A stretch of DNA of 63,670 nucleotides, filler included, from Octopus bimaculoides (GCF_001194135.2; 10 parts of 9 records of this genome joined end to end with filler, not necessarily neighbours in it), one strand, 5' to 3'; shown: positions 37,569 through 51,209, numbered from the whole stretch's first letter. Notes: generated by a model not told the origin, from the letters alone. A program made the numbers and translations.

Positions 37569-37983
37569 TAGAAATTACTCCTGTAGTATGTCTGTCCTTC
37601 TAGCTGAGATGACCATGATAAATACAGTGAGACGCACAACACAGAACCACATGTTCAGCATGAACGACCCAATACAGTAGCAGTTGCAGAACATAAACAG
37701 ACACGACCGAATGACCAACGCACACACAGACACAAAACATGGCTCATCACATTGACAGACAGTGTTTCTCCTGTTGTCTGTCTTTACTTCGCCAACTCGA
37801 AGCAAGTTGATAATGTCATGTAGCAGATTTCTTTGTGTATACAACACGTAAATGCAAGTGTCAATTAAATGAATTATTTAAACCACAATCCTATGCTTTC
37901 CCATTATTTTACTTTGATGTCGTCCACATGCCTATTTCATCTGCTACCTCAACAACATCTTTTGCTACACATCCCACTACATA

Positions 37984-37997
37984 TGGTGATCCCGACG
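37984..37997 (+). promoter_or_regulatory. Primer-binding site complementary to the tRNA-Trp 3' end
   Basis: TGGTGATCCCGACG is a 13/14 match to TGGTGACCCCGACG and lies 2 nt after the LTR-terminal CA. Confidence 0.8.
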
Positions 37998-40900
37998 AAG
38001 AATGATAACCTTCACATCACAAAGTCAGAACTGCTAAATTGCTGTGATTAGTTGTCACACTATGGTGCTACCAGAACACAACCCAACAGTGAACTCAACC
38101 ACAATCAACATGGCATTCCAGGCTGTGATTATGCTGAGGACTCCACCATATTGGAGGCACAATCCTGCACTATGGTTTCACCACATCAAGGCCCTCTTTT
38201 ACTTCCAACCGAATAGTTAGTGATGCGTCTCACCTTATGTACATGATCAGTTCCCTATCACCAGAGACCATGAACATGGTCTGAGATCTCATTATGGCAC
38301 TACCCAGTTCTGTGTCATACGACATTCAAAACCACCCTGACCAACAGGACTTCAGAGTCCCAACAAAAGCGACTCTACCAGCTCCTTACATTTGAGGAAT
38401 TAGGAGAAAGAACGCCTTCTCAGCTTCTACGAAGAATGAAGCAACTTCTTGGAGATGAGATCCTCCCCCAAAAGATTTTTAAGCAACTTTTTCTCCGGCA
38501 TCTACCCTCCAACATGCAAGAAGTCCTCACTTCCACACGAGAATCCACTTCCATTGATGAATTGGCAGAGCTTACTGACAAAATTGCTGAGGTACCACAT
38601 AGATAATCAATGGCATCGACTGTGATGCAAGCCATTCCCCCTACAAATCCTTTCTTTTCCATGACCAGTGCTTCCAAAATTTCGAATTTGCACTCACTAA
38701 TGACACAGCAGGCATCACAGATGCAGGCCCTGATAACAGATACAAGCCCTATCGCATGGTGCCCTGTGTCAAAGTAACAGCTGATTGCACCAATTTGGTA
38801 GACAGTACCGAAGCGTGAGTTCTACCCATAATTCACAGGAAACTTGGTACAACTGAAAATTTGGAACACGGGCACAGAAATGCACACTTTCATGCTCGTT
38901 TTCAGCATCCCATTCAGGAAAGGACACAGCCAGGAATTGAACACGACAGAAATTCCTGGCTCTCACCCACAATGTCACCTGTTTTTCATTTGCGATCGTG
39001 TAACAGGCATGCGTTTCCTTGTTGACACCGGTGCGGAAGTCAGCACAATCCTTGTTTCCTGCACTTCAAGCAAAAGAAAAGAGACACCAGTCTGTCTTCA
39101 GGCAGTCAACCACTCACTGATTCCAATCTATGGTGAACAGTCCCAAACACTGAACTTAGGACTACACAGCACCTTCCAGTGGGTATTCATCATTGCTAAA
39201 CTGCCGACCCCTATCTTAGGAGCCAATTTCCTTCATCATTTTGGTCTCTTGGTAGATATCAAGCACAGAAGACTTGTCGGCAGTACCACCCAGTTCACTG
39301 TGCACAGTATAACTGCTCGTATGGCCACAGTCAGCCTAACCATTTTGCAAACAACGACAAACCATCACAGTGCTATCTTTAAAGAATACCTAGATGTTGC
39401 TTCACATGTCCCAAAGGACATCAATACTTGGACGCATGTTTTTGTTAGAAATGATGGAATACCTTCTCAATTTCAGCCGCCATATTCCAAGCCCAACAAA
39501 GTAGTCCAAAAACAACCAAAGTATTTCGTTCTCGATATTGGAGGAAAATGAAATAGTGTCTCTGTCGATCGCTTAAAAAAAAGCATTCATCAAAGAGGAC
39601 TTACTTTCAGTTCCCGCTGTTCCTCAAATGGACTCAACAACTTCAACTTCACCCATCGCAAACACCTCAGATTCTGCACTACCTCAGGACACCAAATTGG
39701 GAAGAACAGTCTGATGGCCCGCAAGATTTGTTCAAGTCTTTCGAGTAAGTACAAACTCTTCACCTACCCATCTTCTCAGATGAAATGTCTACACCAACAA
39801 ATAAAAGCAAATTGTTTTTTCTTCTTGTTATGAACAATTGCCACACATATATAACCCATGTGACTCTGCATCATCTGCATACAAGTCAAACCAAAACATT
39901 TTGTATAAAAAAAAACTTTTCTACATCAACGTAAAACATGTTTTATGAATATTGTTCTGCTAATTGAACTGACTGAACATTTCACCAACGAACTTTTTGC
40001 GTGAACATTTTCATTTTTCTGTAAAATTACATTTTCTTGCATGTATATATGTTTTGCTTTGTTTTAAAAATGTCTTGCTCTCTACATCACAACTGTATGC
40101 TTACACACACTTGTAACTCTCATATTTTCATGTGTGCTATCACTTGTTCTCCGTGCCACTGAAAGATAACTTACCTCTATTAGACCTCTAGTGGGTCATG
40201 TAATCAATAGAGTTGCATGTCTCTTTCAACGTGCCAGCATATTACATTTATGCTTCTGCCTAAGCATATACACATTGCCTAACATATATCACACACACCA
40301 ACTTTGAACATTGATTTTTTTGCTTTACATTTTTTCATTTCTTTCACTTCCCATATTTTTGACATGTATTCATTTGTTTGTAAATGACACTGTATCTGTT
40401 TTTCTGCATTACAAAATTCATACATTTTCAATATCACACACATCTGTATCGTTTGCTCTCTGTGGCTTTCTCACTAGAAGTAGGTGGTGTAAAAACTAAC
40501 ATTTCCTTTTCCCAAGCTGAGATTTGAAACCGAATCTAAGGATTCTTGCTCTTCTGATCCACCACTTGCAAAACAGGTGCGAAAGAAATTTTTTTGTCCT
40601 GTCAAAAGATGATGGATGGATTTCCCTTTGACCTCCAGCCTGAGCTGTGTCATTTAAGGTTCAAGTGGACAGGAGGCGACCTACATAGGTAGAAATTACT
40701 CCTGTAGTATGTCTGTCTTTCTAGCTGAGATAACCATGATAAATACAGTGAGACACACGACAGATTGGCAGACAGCCAGCAAGAGGCAAACCATTGACAG
40801 ACAGCAGTTAAGTTGTGCCAGTCAAGCAGCCAACACAGAACCACATATTCAACATGAATGACCCAATACAGTAGCAGTCACAGAACATAAACAAACATGA

Positions 40901-41465
40901 CCAAATGACCAACTCACACACAGACACAAAATATGCCTGGTTCTACCTCATTACATCAACACAGTATTTCTACTGTTGTTTGCTTTTAATTCACCAACTT
41001 GAAGCAAGTTGGTAATGTCATGTAGTGGACTTCCTTGTGTATACAACACATAAATGCAAGTGTTGATTAAATAAATTATTTAAACCACAATCTGATGCTT
41101 TCCTATTGTTTAACTTTGATGTTGTCCACATGCCTATTTCATTTGCTACCTCAACAACTTCTTTTGCTACATATTTATTGACAACTGAATGAAATGTGTA
41201 CTAGAATCACATAAATGATGAATGTAAATTTGGATTTCTTTTTTAATCTTTTTCCCTCATTTATTTGCTATATACTTTTGTAAAGTGTGTGCTTTTTAGA
41301 TTAATGAAATGTACATTGATCATACAATTTACAATACATAAATTCAAATAATACAATTCTCCAAATATATTTTTATGAAAATCGGCCAGTGGTAAACAGA
41401 TACTTCAGCATGTTATTTTTACATTATCCGCAAAATCCTCTGTGATTCTTAGCTGAGATAATTGT

Positions 41466-43225
41466 TGTAATTATGTTGCTCATCCATTATTCACAGCGGT
41501 CCTATACTTCCAGTCTTCATTCACTTCTGTATCAATTCCTTTAACTGTATATAAATTTCATAACTAAAGTCGGCTTGTTCTTATGATTGAATAGAACCTT
41601 TAATTGTTGCATCTTCAGCATCTGCATGTAACATAATTTTGTTCTGTCGTAAGAATAGTAATGGATTCAAAAATCTTCCAAAAAACACTTGTTGGTGAGC
41701 TGTCTGAAGAAGATTACAATTATTAGCAGAAAATGTTATGTGTACATCAAGCAGGCAAAAATACTCACCAAACTGCTTTTAGCCATACTTTTAGTTCCCT
41801 TCAGTTGTCAATGAGTGTACCACATTCCAGGAAGTTCTCAATCTCCTTTATCAAAAAAACATTTTCTATTATGGGTTGATACAGATTACGTAACCAAACT
41901 CAAGCAGAAGACCAGTTGATAGACCTGAAAAATATTGCAAGCAAGTGTCATATATAGTGTCTAAGTGCAGAATATCATGACATTAATTTGCAATGCTTCC
42001 GTCTCAGGAATAAGTTCGTCGACCATTCATCAATAGTTACTTGAGTCTACCAAAGACGACCTAGAATCATTGGTAAAACTTGCTTTAACAATGGAATTGG
42101 CTAACAAGGATGCGAGGAACTTGTCAATGATGAATCCTTCATGCCCTCCAGTTCTGGTAGCTTCAGGAAAAAGATCCTTCTACTGGTCTGGTGGACCTAT
42201 TCATCCAAACTCTACCTGTAATAAGGACACTGGGCAATCAGTTAAATGATCAAACACTCTACTGGATACTGAATCAGATAGGGTCTTTATTTGTCTATAT
42301 CTGGCCATAGAGTTTGGGCTTTTACCAACAATGTCAAAAAATTCCATCCTTTTAGCCAATAAAAAGCATTTAAGATTGTGTTTAGTCACACTAGAGTGGG
42401 ATGGATGGTATTATGAAGTAGCACTTAAGGAATTAATTTGCCAACATTCAAGTCTATTGCCCGGCATTGATATGTCCAAATTAATATCGATCACTACAAA
42501 ATCGTGAAGAAATCAGTCATAGAGAGTTCATCGAAGGTTAAATCAAAGGAATGTTGAAAATGGGATTATTCAGAAAACTAGAAGTGCGTGGAGCGCACAG
42601 TCATTCATCGTGTCAAGAATTAAGGCTAATAGTTGACTATTCCAACACCATAAATTGATTTAGTCCTATTGACACTTATCCCGCAGCTAACTTGAAAGAA
42701 TCACGTACAATTATTACTTCTCTACTTTCAGCTTGAAAGAAGCCTATCATCAAATTCCATTGTGTAAAGAAGATATTCATTTGACAGTTTTTGAAGCCTA
42801 TAACAAACTGTTCAAATTTACTTGCCTACCATTTGTGTGTACCAATGCCGTCACCATCTTTCAGTGCATTATAGATTCATTCATTTATGATAATTCTCTT
42901 CAAAAAACCTATTGTTACATCAATGACATCATTATCGGAGGTGAAACAAAGAAAGAACATAACTGTAATTTAGTCAAGTTCCAGCAGTCAGCTGAGCAAG
43001 CCAGCATGCAACTTAACAAATCCAAATGCTGTGTTGACTTAAAATTCATTCACTCTCTATGACATGTAATGTCATATACTTCCACAGTATATAAATTACC
43101 TAACTAAAGTCGGATTCTGTATCACTTCCTTCCCCAGTATATACATTTCCTAACTAACTCGAGTCAGCTTGTTCTTAAGATTGAAAATAACATTTGGTTG
43201 TTGCATCTAGCATTTACATGCAACA
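41466..43225 (+). mobile_element. Second degraded gypsy-like remnant (RT fragment) between short diverged direct repeats
   Basis: RT at 42733-43062: LKEAYHQIPL...FTCLPF..TNAVTIFQ...YCYINDIIIGGET..EH. Repeats ttctgtatca.ttcctt...cttgttctta.gattgaa...gttgcatct...catg.aaca at ~41525-41635 and ~43115-43225. Confidence 0.7.
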
Positions 43226-43689
43226 GTAAAATTTCAAATATTATTCTCATGAGTTTGGATAATTTCATTCTACCGTGGAAGAGAATCTGACATTTCAAGA
43301 CTGGCTGTTTGTATGAGAGGAAAGTGTTTTTCTAACAAATCACTCTCTTCTTGGATGAATAGTTGGTTCACGCCTTAAAGCTACATCAGTATAGTCTTGA
43401 AGCATAAGCACAATGGGTAGTTGACTGATGCCCACAATGAAGTTTTGAAAGAGTAAGATAAAAGGACAGGAAAAACAAATTTTTTACTATTCCTGTCATA
43501 ATACATGAAGGAAATTTCTTCATCGCTGGTTTTGCTGGTGAAAGCTTGAACTATTTTAAGCTGAAATTGCTTTGAAAATATTTTAAAGCTATAAGTTCAT
43601 GTTCTGATTGGTTATAAACTCAAGGACGTTATTTATTTTCGTCATTTGTTTATCATATGTCTTGGTCATTTATTTATATTTGGCTGTCA

Positions 43690-45280
43690 TCTCACGTGTC
43701 TCCTGTTCTGTTTAGTCCATTCTGTATTTCTGTAGTATATATCCTTATTTGCGCAGGCATTTGGATCTGTATCTGTGTGCGCATCTTTGTGTTTAGTATG
43801 GGTATTTAGTGTGCATGTATATGGATTTGTTTACTACACTGTTTGTACTCGTGTCTTTATTTAGTTATTTTTTATTTGTTTATTTACTTATTTATTTCTT
43901 ATTCTCTCTTTAGTATGTGTCTGTGTTTTTGTGTGTATATGGATTTATGTATTATACTGTTTGTATCTTACATCTTTTCTTCTCTCATTCGGTCTTTAGC
44001 TGTTGGGTTGCATAGTGTGGTGGAATGGAGGAGTGTTTTTATTCCATTCATGTTTTTTGTTGGGGCTCAGTCTGTCCACAAGAATGCAGTTATTGTGGAC
44101 CACACCAAATTCAATATCTTCATAGAGGGTGATGAGAAATGTGTCCCACATGTGCAACCCAACAGAATTAGAGAGACACATACAACACTTCATCCAGTAC
44201 ATGCGGTTCTCTGGTTGCAGCCAAATGGAGAGGCTCAGAGTGTACAAAGAAGCAATAGTTAAGTACAAGGCCATCATAGAGAATGGTGCAAATGGGATCT
44301 ACCCGCTATACAGGAGCAAATCCTGGAAAAGCATAGAAAGGACCTAGAAGAAGATAGATAAGGCCAACTCATGATATGACAACCAACAATACCAGAGTCG
44401 TGTTCATTGATGCTACCCTTGGTGGTGAACAAACAAATCTTTTTCAGAAATCTTATATAAGATGAATCTATGGATTAAAGTAGCAAAAAGGCCAGAAACC
44501 CCAATAAAATTCCTGATTTGTAGAACATATCCATTTGGAAGGCTCCCATGTGTGGATAATAACTGGATAGTATGTAGGATGAACCCACAGATAAACTGCA
44601 AGATTAGGAATGTAGCCTGTAGTATACAGTGTACTGAGTGACAATGCAGAAACAGGACAACAACATACACTGGAGAGACAGCATGTAGTGTTGGTGAGCA
44701 TATAGGTGAACACTGGCGGGCAATCAACGAGGGGAAAAACTTGCCAGTGCTCAACCAACATGCTTAATTAGAACATAGAGGCTTGGTTGATAACATAGAT
44801 GTTAAGATATTATCAGCACATAGAACAGACACAACACTTGGATTACAGAAGCCACACACATAATAATACACAGACTGAGCCTCAACAGAAAACATGAATG
44901 GAATAACACCCACTATGTATTCCACTGTGCTATGCAACCTGACAACTAAAGACAGAATGAGAGAAGAAAAAACCACATACAAACAGTATAATACATAAAT
45001 CTATACACGCACACAAGACACACTTACACATACTAAAGATGGAATGTGAAGAAAAATTAATAAGCAAATAAATGAATAAAAAATAACTAAATAAAAGATA
45101 TGGGTACAAACAGTGTAGTAAGCAAACCCATATACATGCACACAAAACACATAGACAAGCACACATGCACAAACACAGACACAGATACAAATGCATGTGC
45201 AGATAAGGATACATACCACAGAAAGACAGAATGAACTAAACAGAACACAAGAGGTGTGATGAAAGATTTCAGATAAAGGA
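43690..45280 (+). mobile_element. Degraded Penelope-like element (Naiad/Neptune-type) with an inverted copy of its 3' end at the 5' side
   Basis: Body 44100-44900 encodes ...GIYPLYRSKSW... and CVDNNWIVCRMNPQINCKIRNVA...YTGETAC...EH...LNRKHEW. Segment 43690-44095 is the reverse complement of 44870-45280. Confidence 0.8.
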
Positions 45281-45647
45281 CACTAAATAAGAATAAGAAT
45301 AAAACTGAAGTGAGGACCAATTATATACTGTGTGTTTAGTTGGCAAAAATACGACCATACCCAAATATAACAAGAACTGTTTCAACACAATTTCACATCA
45401 TGAATCTTGCAAAACGAATACATAAACGTATGTGTGTGTGTATATATATATATATATATAGATTCAAAATTGAATATGGTACTTATGTTTAGGCACCAGA
45501 ATATAGTATGGTATTATACAAAAACCATTCCAAAAGCGAGGTGATCAAAAAATCAAAATAAGCAACACGGATTTTAAAGATGATTGCAGTACGCACGTTT
45601 CATGCTACTCATTTAGGAATCAGGGACCTAGTTCATATAATATCAAT

Positions 45648-46259
45648 ATGCCTAATGTTGGAGGAATAATTCTAAATGATAGCACATCAGGAAACGGGTT
45701 AAATAATGATGGAAATGATCAAAATATACCTAATAGAATTGATGAATTGATAAATAATATTAGTGTAAATAATTGTAATAAGAATAATAGAGATATTAGA
45801 AATAATATAGGTGGGGTTGATAGCACCACGAGGTGCAACTTCAGAAATAAGTCCCATTGTCCGTTATTAGGAAATTGTTGCACCCGTAACATAGTGTACA
45901 GATGCATTATTAGTACAATAACCGAGAATTATATTTACATATGATGTAGTATTAATGTGAAACAGAGAATATATAGCCACAGGTCTTCTTTTAGACTCAG
46001 ACATAAGGCAAATAGTACGACATTAGCAAGTAAAATTTGGGAGTTAAAAGATAATGGTATTAGTTTTAGCCTTAAATGGGAAATTATAAGAAAAGCTCAA
46101 CCTTATAGAAATAGTAGATATGGATGTGAATTATGTTCTATGGAAATATATGAAATTTTTAAACTTAGAAATAATCCTAATCTAATCAATAATAGATTAG
46201 ACCTCAGGGTATTGTGTGTACACTGCTCTACTCGCACTTTTAAATTTTTTAAAAAGTAG
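45648..46259 (+). mobile_element. PLE-type GIY-YIG endonuclease ORF with one in-frame TGA and no adjacent RT
   Basis: MPNV...Asn-rich...CNFRNKSHCPLLGNCCTRNIVY...YIYI*CS...KQRIYSHRSSF...STTLASKIWELK...WEII...CELCSME...LINNRLDL...CVH. ORFs 45648 and 45957 share one frame. Confidence 0.8.
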
Positions 46260-46479
46260 TTAAAATTATCAAAATATAGTATTCTAACTTCTACCATGGT
46301 CATCTAGGGCTATTAATTAGCACATATTTTAAATTGGAAATTGAACCTTTATAACATATANNNNNNNNNNNNNNNNNNNNNNNNNNNNNNNNNNNNNNNN
46401 NNNNTTAATTAATTAANNNNNNNNNNNNNNNNNNNNNNNNNNNNNNNNNNNNNNNNNNNNTGTGTGTGTGTGTGTGTGT

Positions 46480-46680
46480 GTAGGGTGTGGTGAATAAATT
46501 GTCGTTTAAATTACGCAAAAATGAAAATAACACTGACATCTCATTTTAACAGATATTACTCTTTTACTCTTTTATTTACGAAAATTACATAAAAATATCT
46601 TGAAATACTAAAAAGTAAATTTATTCAATAATATCGCCATTCGCTTCAACCTCGGTCTTCAGGCCCATTGCTTATTTAAA
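46480..46680 (-). mobile_element. Terminal fragment of the DD37D-like transposon family
   Basis: Homologous to 29575-29650. Confidence 0.55.
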
Positions 46681-46699
46681 CATTATGTACAAAATGTAC

Positions 46700-48754
46700 A
46701 CAAACTACCTCAACCAATTCCCCCAAAATCACTGTGAATCCAACAATATGGTGACTGATGAGCAGGCCGGTGGAAAGAAGAGAGTATGGGAATGTGATGA
46801 AAAAAAACCATCATAAGATCCTTACAATAATATGGCTTGATTATAGGAAGTCACTTGACTCTGTTCCTCACTCATGGCTGCTGAAGTGTCTCTATTTGGC
46901 AAAGTGCCTGCTCTCTTAATTGCTGCCATTGAGAGGCTCACAAAGACCTGGGAAGTAATTCTTACACTTAAAAAAGAGAGCGGAACGATCGTCTCCAATG
47001 TTATAAATACCTCAAATGGAATATTCCAAGGAGATAGCTTCTCTGTAATTCTGTTCATTTTGGCATTAAATCCATTATCATTTCTGCTACAAAAATGAAA
47101 TGGCTACACGTTACGGTCTGTAGCTGCTAGAGATATTACTGTAACCCATAATTTCTTTGTGAATGACTTCAAGATTTATAGTAAAAGTGTTTAAAATGCC
47201 AGAAAAGCAGCTGGAATTAATAACATTTTTTGCTGACACAGAAATGGAATTTGGTCAGAAGAAATATTCATATTTGATTATTGAAAGGGGAAAACCAGGT
47301 GCCCAGACCCAAAACCTGTGCATCAACGGTCTCACTATCTCTCCTGTCCCACACAAAGAATGCTACAAGTACTTAGGTATTGATGAAAACATGTGAATAG
47401 AAATAGAGTGACCCAAGAATATTACTCCAGACTTAGAAAAATATAGCAGTCGGAACTATCCTCTTACAACAAGACAATATCCCACACTGCACTTGCAGTA
47501 CTAGAGTTGATTCCAACATTTGAGATACTTGACTGGTTTGTAGAAGAAATCCACTCCGTAGACACTGAACCCGCAAGATTTTGACATCAACTAGGAATCT
47601 CCACAGAAATAGTGATATCAACAGGTTCTACATAAGAGATAAAGGAGGTATAGGCTTCAGATCAGTACAGACAGCATTCGAATGTCGCATAGTCTCTCTC
47701 AGACAGCTATTGCTAAACAGCAGCAGCAAAAATAAATGCATTAGCTTAGTGCTGGAGAGTGAAGGAAACAACACCTTACATGTCGGAAGCAATCTCCTCA
47801 GGAAGCACTCTCTTCCTGATGATCTCTCATACAACAAATCAGCCGGACTAGCATACCTCAAAGAAGACCTGGAAGTGAAACGCTCGGCATACCAAAAAGA
47901 CATGAAGCGAAAACTCTCTTGGAATCGTGACCGCTACATCACACTTCGAAGGCTATACATTTGCAATCGAAGAACAGGAAATTTTTACTGAATGCCTAAT
48001 AAACAAAAGAGACAGTTAAGCCCTTGGAGTTCCATGATGCAACCGTAAATGTAGATTATGTCATATTTCTGTGAAAGACATTATACATGTGATTAGCAGC
48101 TCCCAAAATTGTCATCAAGGTACTACCTCCCTATGTGACATGACATTGTCGCAAAAGCAATATATAATGTCATCCAGAAAAAAGACTCTCCTGAAATAAA
48201 TATAGAGAATCCTCCTGTTACTGGAAGCGTACACAAATAACAGCACAAAGAATACTGGTGGAACATTCCCATAAAAACATCTGTCAAGTGTAAGTATAAC
48301 AGTCCGAACATTGCTGTTTGGGAAGGGCAAGAAAAGGTATGTACCGTCATAGAAGTCAGCTGTTCTGCTGATGTGAGAATCTCTTTGAAAATCAAAGAGA
48401 AAGAAGAGAATTGTGGACAGGTGCTTCGAAACCGCCAGCTTCAATATTTGTATTACAAATTTACATTTATATCAACAATTATTGGAGCACTTGGTTTTGT
48501 AAGTAAATGCCTAACTGTCAGTCTGGATAAGCTTGACTTTTTAGAAAAAGAAATCAACCAACTGACTCGCACATTACAAATACAATCTATAAGTGGAGCA
48601 GTAAAACTATGCAAGACTTTTCTCAGGTTTAAAATGTGACCCTGTTTTCGTTATCTACATTCCAACGATGGAGCTTTGTATCTTTGTTAGAAACCAACTC
48701 CTTCTTCAGAGGAAGAATTTAAATAATCAAAAACGGAAGAGAAATATACATACA

Positions 48755-48760
<6 letters not shown>
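46700..48760 (+). mobile_element. Degraded R4/Dong-like LINE (RT to REL), ending in (TACA)n
   Basis: FDSVPHSW-like stretch, NGIFQGDSFSVILFILALNPLS, YKYLGID, RNLHRNSDINRFY, IIGALG...LQIQSISGAVKLCKTF in broken frames. Confidence 0.85.
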
Positions 48761-48787
<27 letters not shown>

Positions 48788-48979
48788 CCATACATACATG
48801 TACATATACACACATAAATGCATGCATACATACATGTATGCGTGCATGCTTACGTATATACCTACATACATAATACGTACATACATACAAACATACATAC
48901 ATACATACATACATACATGCAAGCATACATACATATATACATACATGCATGTATACATATACACATACATAAATACAAA

Positions 48980-49210
48980 CAATAAGAACCCACAGTGTGG
49001 TAGAAGCCATAACCACTCATAATAAGGAGTACTGGTGGAATGGCCCAGTGAAAACCTCCGTAAAATATAAACACAATAGACCTGATATAATGATTTGGGA
49101 TAGAGAAGAGAAACTGTGTACAGTTGTGGAAATCAGCTGCCAGCGGTTGTTAACATAAAGCTGAAGATCAGTGAAAAAGAGAATACCTTCGCTGAACTAT
49201 TGAGAAATCT
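48980..49210 (+). mobile_element. R4-like REL fragment following (TACA)n
   Basis: HNRPDIMIWDREEKLCTVVEISC, nearly identical to the reverse complement of 14270-14372. Confidence 0.8.
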
Positions 49211-51209
49211 GCATATTGTTATATCCGATTTCTTCGCTGTTGGTATTGGAAAGAGGTGTTCACACCCTACAAGATCTATTGATACCTCCCATACACCTTT
49301 CCAGTTCTCGTCATTAACAGCTTTTTTCTTGACCTTGACGAACGAACCATCTTGACCTTGATGCACAAACGTAATGAACTGATTACTGCCATCCTACTGC
49401 GGTTTCTTGTTACCATTGATCGTTTCCGTCTTTGAGAACTTCGTTGTGTTTCGAACACCATCTTGCAATTAGATAGAATATGGTTTATCATGCCAACTTC
49501 TCTGCATCTTCATTTGTCGTCATTCACTATATTTCAGCAAATGCGTGGGGGTGGCATTATATCATAGATGGCCTGAAGAAAGAAGTTCAACCGTAATATG
49601 ATTCATCTCCACGTTTTATCCGAACCTACTTTCCTTACAATAACCTCTTCCTCCCACTTGTTCATCTGGCCTTGTTGAAGGCATTGAATCAAATGCAATT
49701 CCTCTTTGATTCTCAGGCACTGAAAGCAGCTGTGCGCTTCCTCTGTGTCATAGTCAAAAATATTTTAAATAGATTGCAACAAATCTCCTTCCGGTCACTT
49801 TGAATTGTTCCCACAATATTTCAATGTTCAAGTGATGCTATTGTGTCATCAGTTTCTTTCTCTGTGTACCATTTTCGTGCAGTTTGACATCTGGTGGATT
49901 GTCCCATATTTCTACATTTTTGGTCTCAACATGACTTTTCGTGCCTTTTCAGCTTTACAATGCACCGGTCCTCCATAGTGATGTGAGGCCCAGCCTATTG
50001 TTTTCGACTGACTAGTATTCGACCTCAAGTCCATTTCGGGATCATCACTTCTTCAGTTAGGCAACATGACTTCTCGCACCTTTTCAGCTTAGCAGATCTC
50101 AGCAATCGATGTTATAGGTAGTTGAAGAGACCCTCTGTTAATCGTTCAAGGTAGAGCAAGCCATTTTTTGTGGTAAACATGGCACTTCTGCTTCATGATC
50201 TCCATTCTTGACAGTGCTACTTGGTATATGAGAAGAGGCCAAGCAGTACGAGGATATGGGCCAAACTTCAAGCACCGGACCTTGTATTTGCTCGGCGGTT
50301 TTGATATGTCTATGGTTTTCAACCCATCTTCGGTTTGGCTATGATTTCAACGCTCTTAATCTTATCAGACAACGAGTAAAGTTTGTCTTTAACCGTTGGT
50401 ATTGTTTCTTCTTTTATTTTGAAATTCACTTGCTTCTGCGACCTTTGACAAAAGCCAGATTGCGTGACTTATTTGCCTTAAATTGCTCTATTGATCAAGT
50501 GATTTGTTCATCCAGTCTATCCAGAATTATTTGCATAAGCTTTTGCTTTCTTATTAGTATTGTTATGTCGTCCATGGGTGCCTGCTTAGGTGATTTCCCT
50601 TTAGCGATTTCTTTGAGCAGTCTGCTGATCTAAGTAGCATCTCCATAACAAGCACGAACCAGATGACTGATATGGTACAACATGCAGCAGTTCCAATTTC
50701 TAGACGATGCAGTTCTTTGTGAAATTTTCTGCCATAAACTGCATTTTGAAGTCTTTATAGCAGCTGCTCATCAGTACCTTAGTCTCTCCGGCATAAAAAA
50801 GAATTTCAGTCCTTCCTCAACGATTTATATAGTATAGGACCATAAGTATTAGCAGATCAAGTCATATATCGTTCAAATCCTTTTTATTCTTCTTCGCATC
50901 TTGTATCGCATCCCAGATGGAAAATGCATGTTCCACACACCTAGTAATTCCAGGAATTCCAGCCTTTTGAGCACTTTCAGTCAAATAGCCATTATCTTGT
51001 TGGTATGTAGCTGTTCTCTTAGCAAGTATACCCATGTAAATCTTGTCAAATACATCAAGGATTGAAATTTGTCTGACCTGGCCAATCAATTCTGCTTCGG
51101 CTTTCTTTGGTAAGTAAGTTTCTTCCGCATTGTACCAGTCATCGACAAGTTCACCTTTATTTACATTATTTACATTTAACGGATATTTGTCCTCATCTTG
51201 TTTGTTGTT

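Larger units (their letters stand above)
35075..41171 (+). mobile_element. Ty3/gypsy LTR retrotransposon, internally deleted, with both LTRs
   Basis: 5' LTR 35075-35271 plus 37569-37981; 3' LTR 40488-41171 (TGTAAAAA...CTACA). PBS at 37984-37997. Gag-like PPYWRHNPALWFHHIKALF from ~38110; protease FLVDTGAEVS; integrase-tail THVFVRND...QPPY...YFVLDIGGK. Purine-rich tract agaagtaggtgg before the 3' LTR; flanks catt / tatt. Confidence 0.9.

Noticed and set aside
44638-44640. Selenocysteine TGA in the Naiad-like remnant (CTE*QC)
   Set aside because: It aligns with Gly in the related copy (CMEGAC at ~61350), and the element has other stops and frameshifts.
45942-45944. Selenocysteine readthrough of the TGA in the GIY-YIG ORF
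   Set aside because: The TGA aligns with the Gly of YIG (GGA to TGA), not a Cys, and I saw no SECIS.
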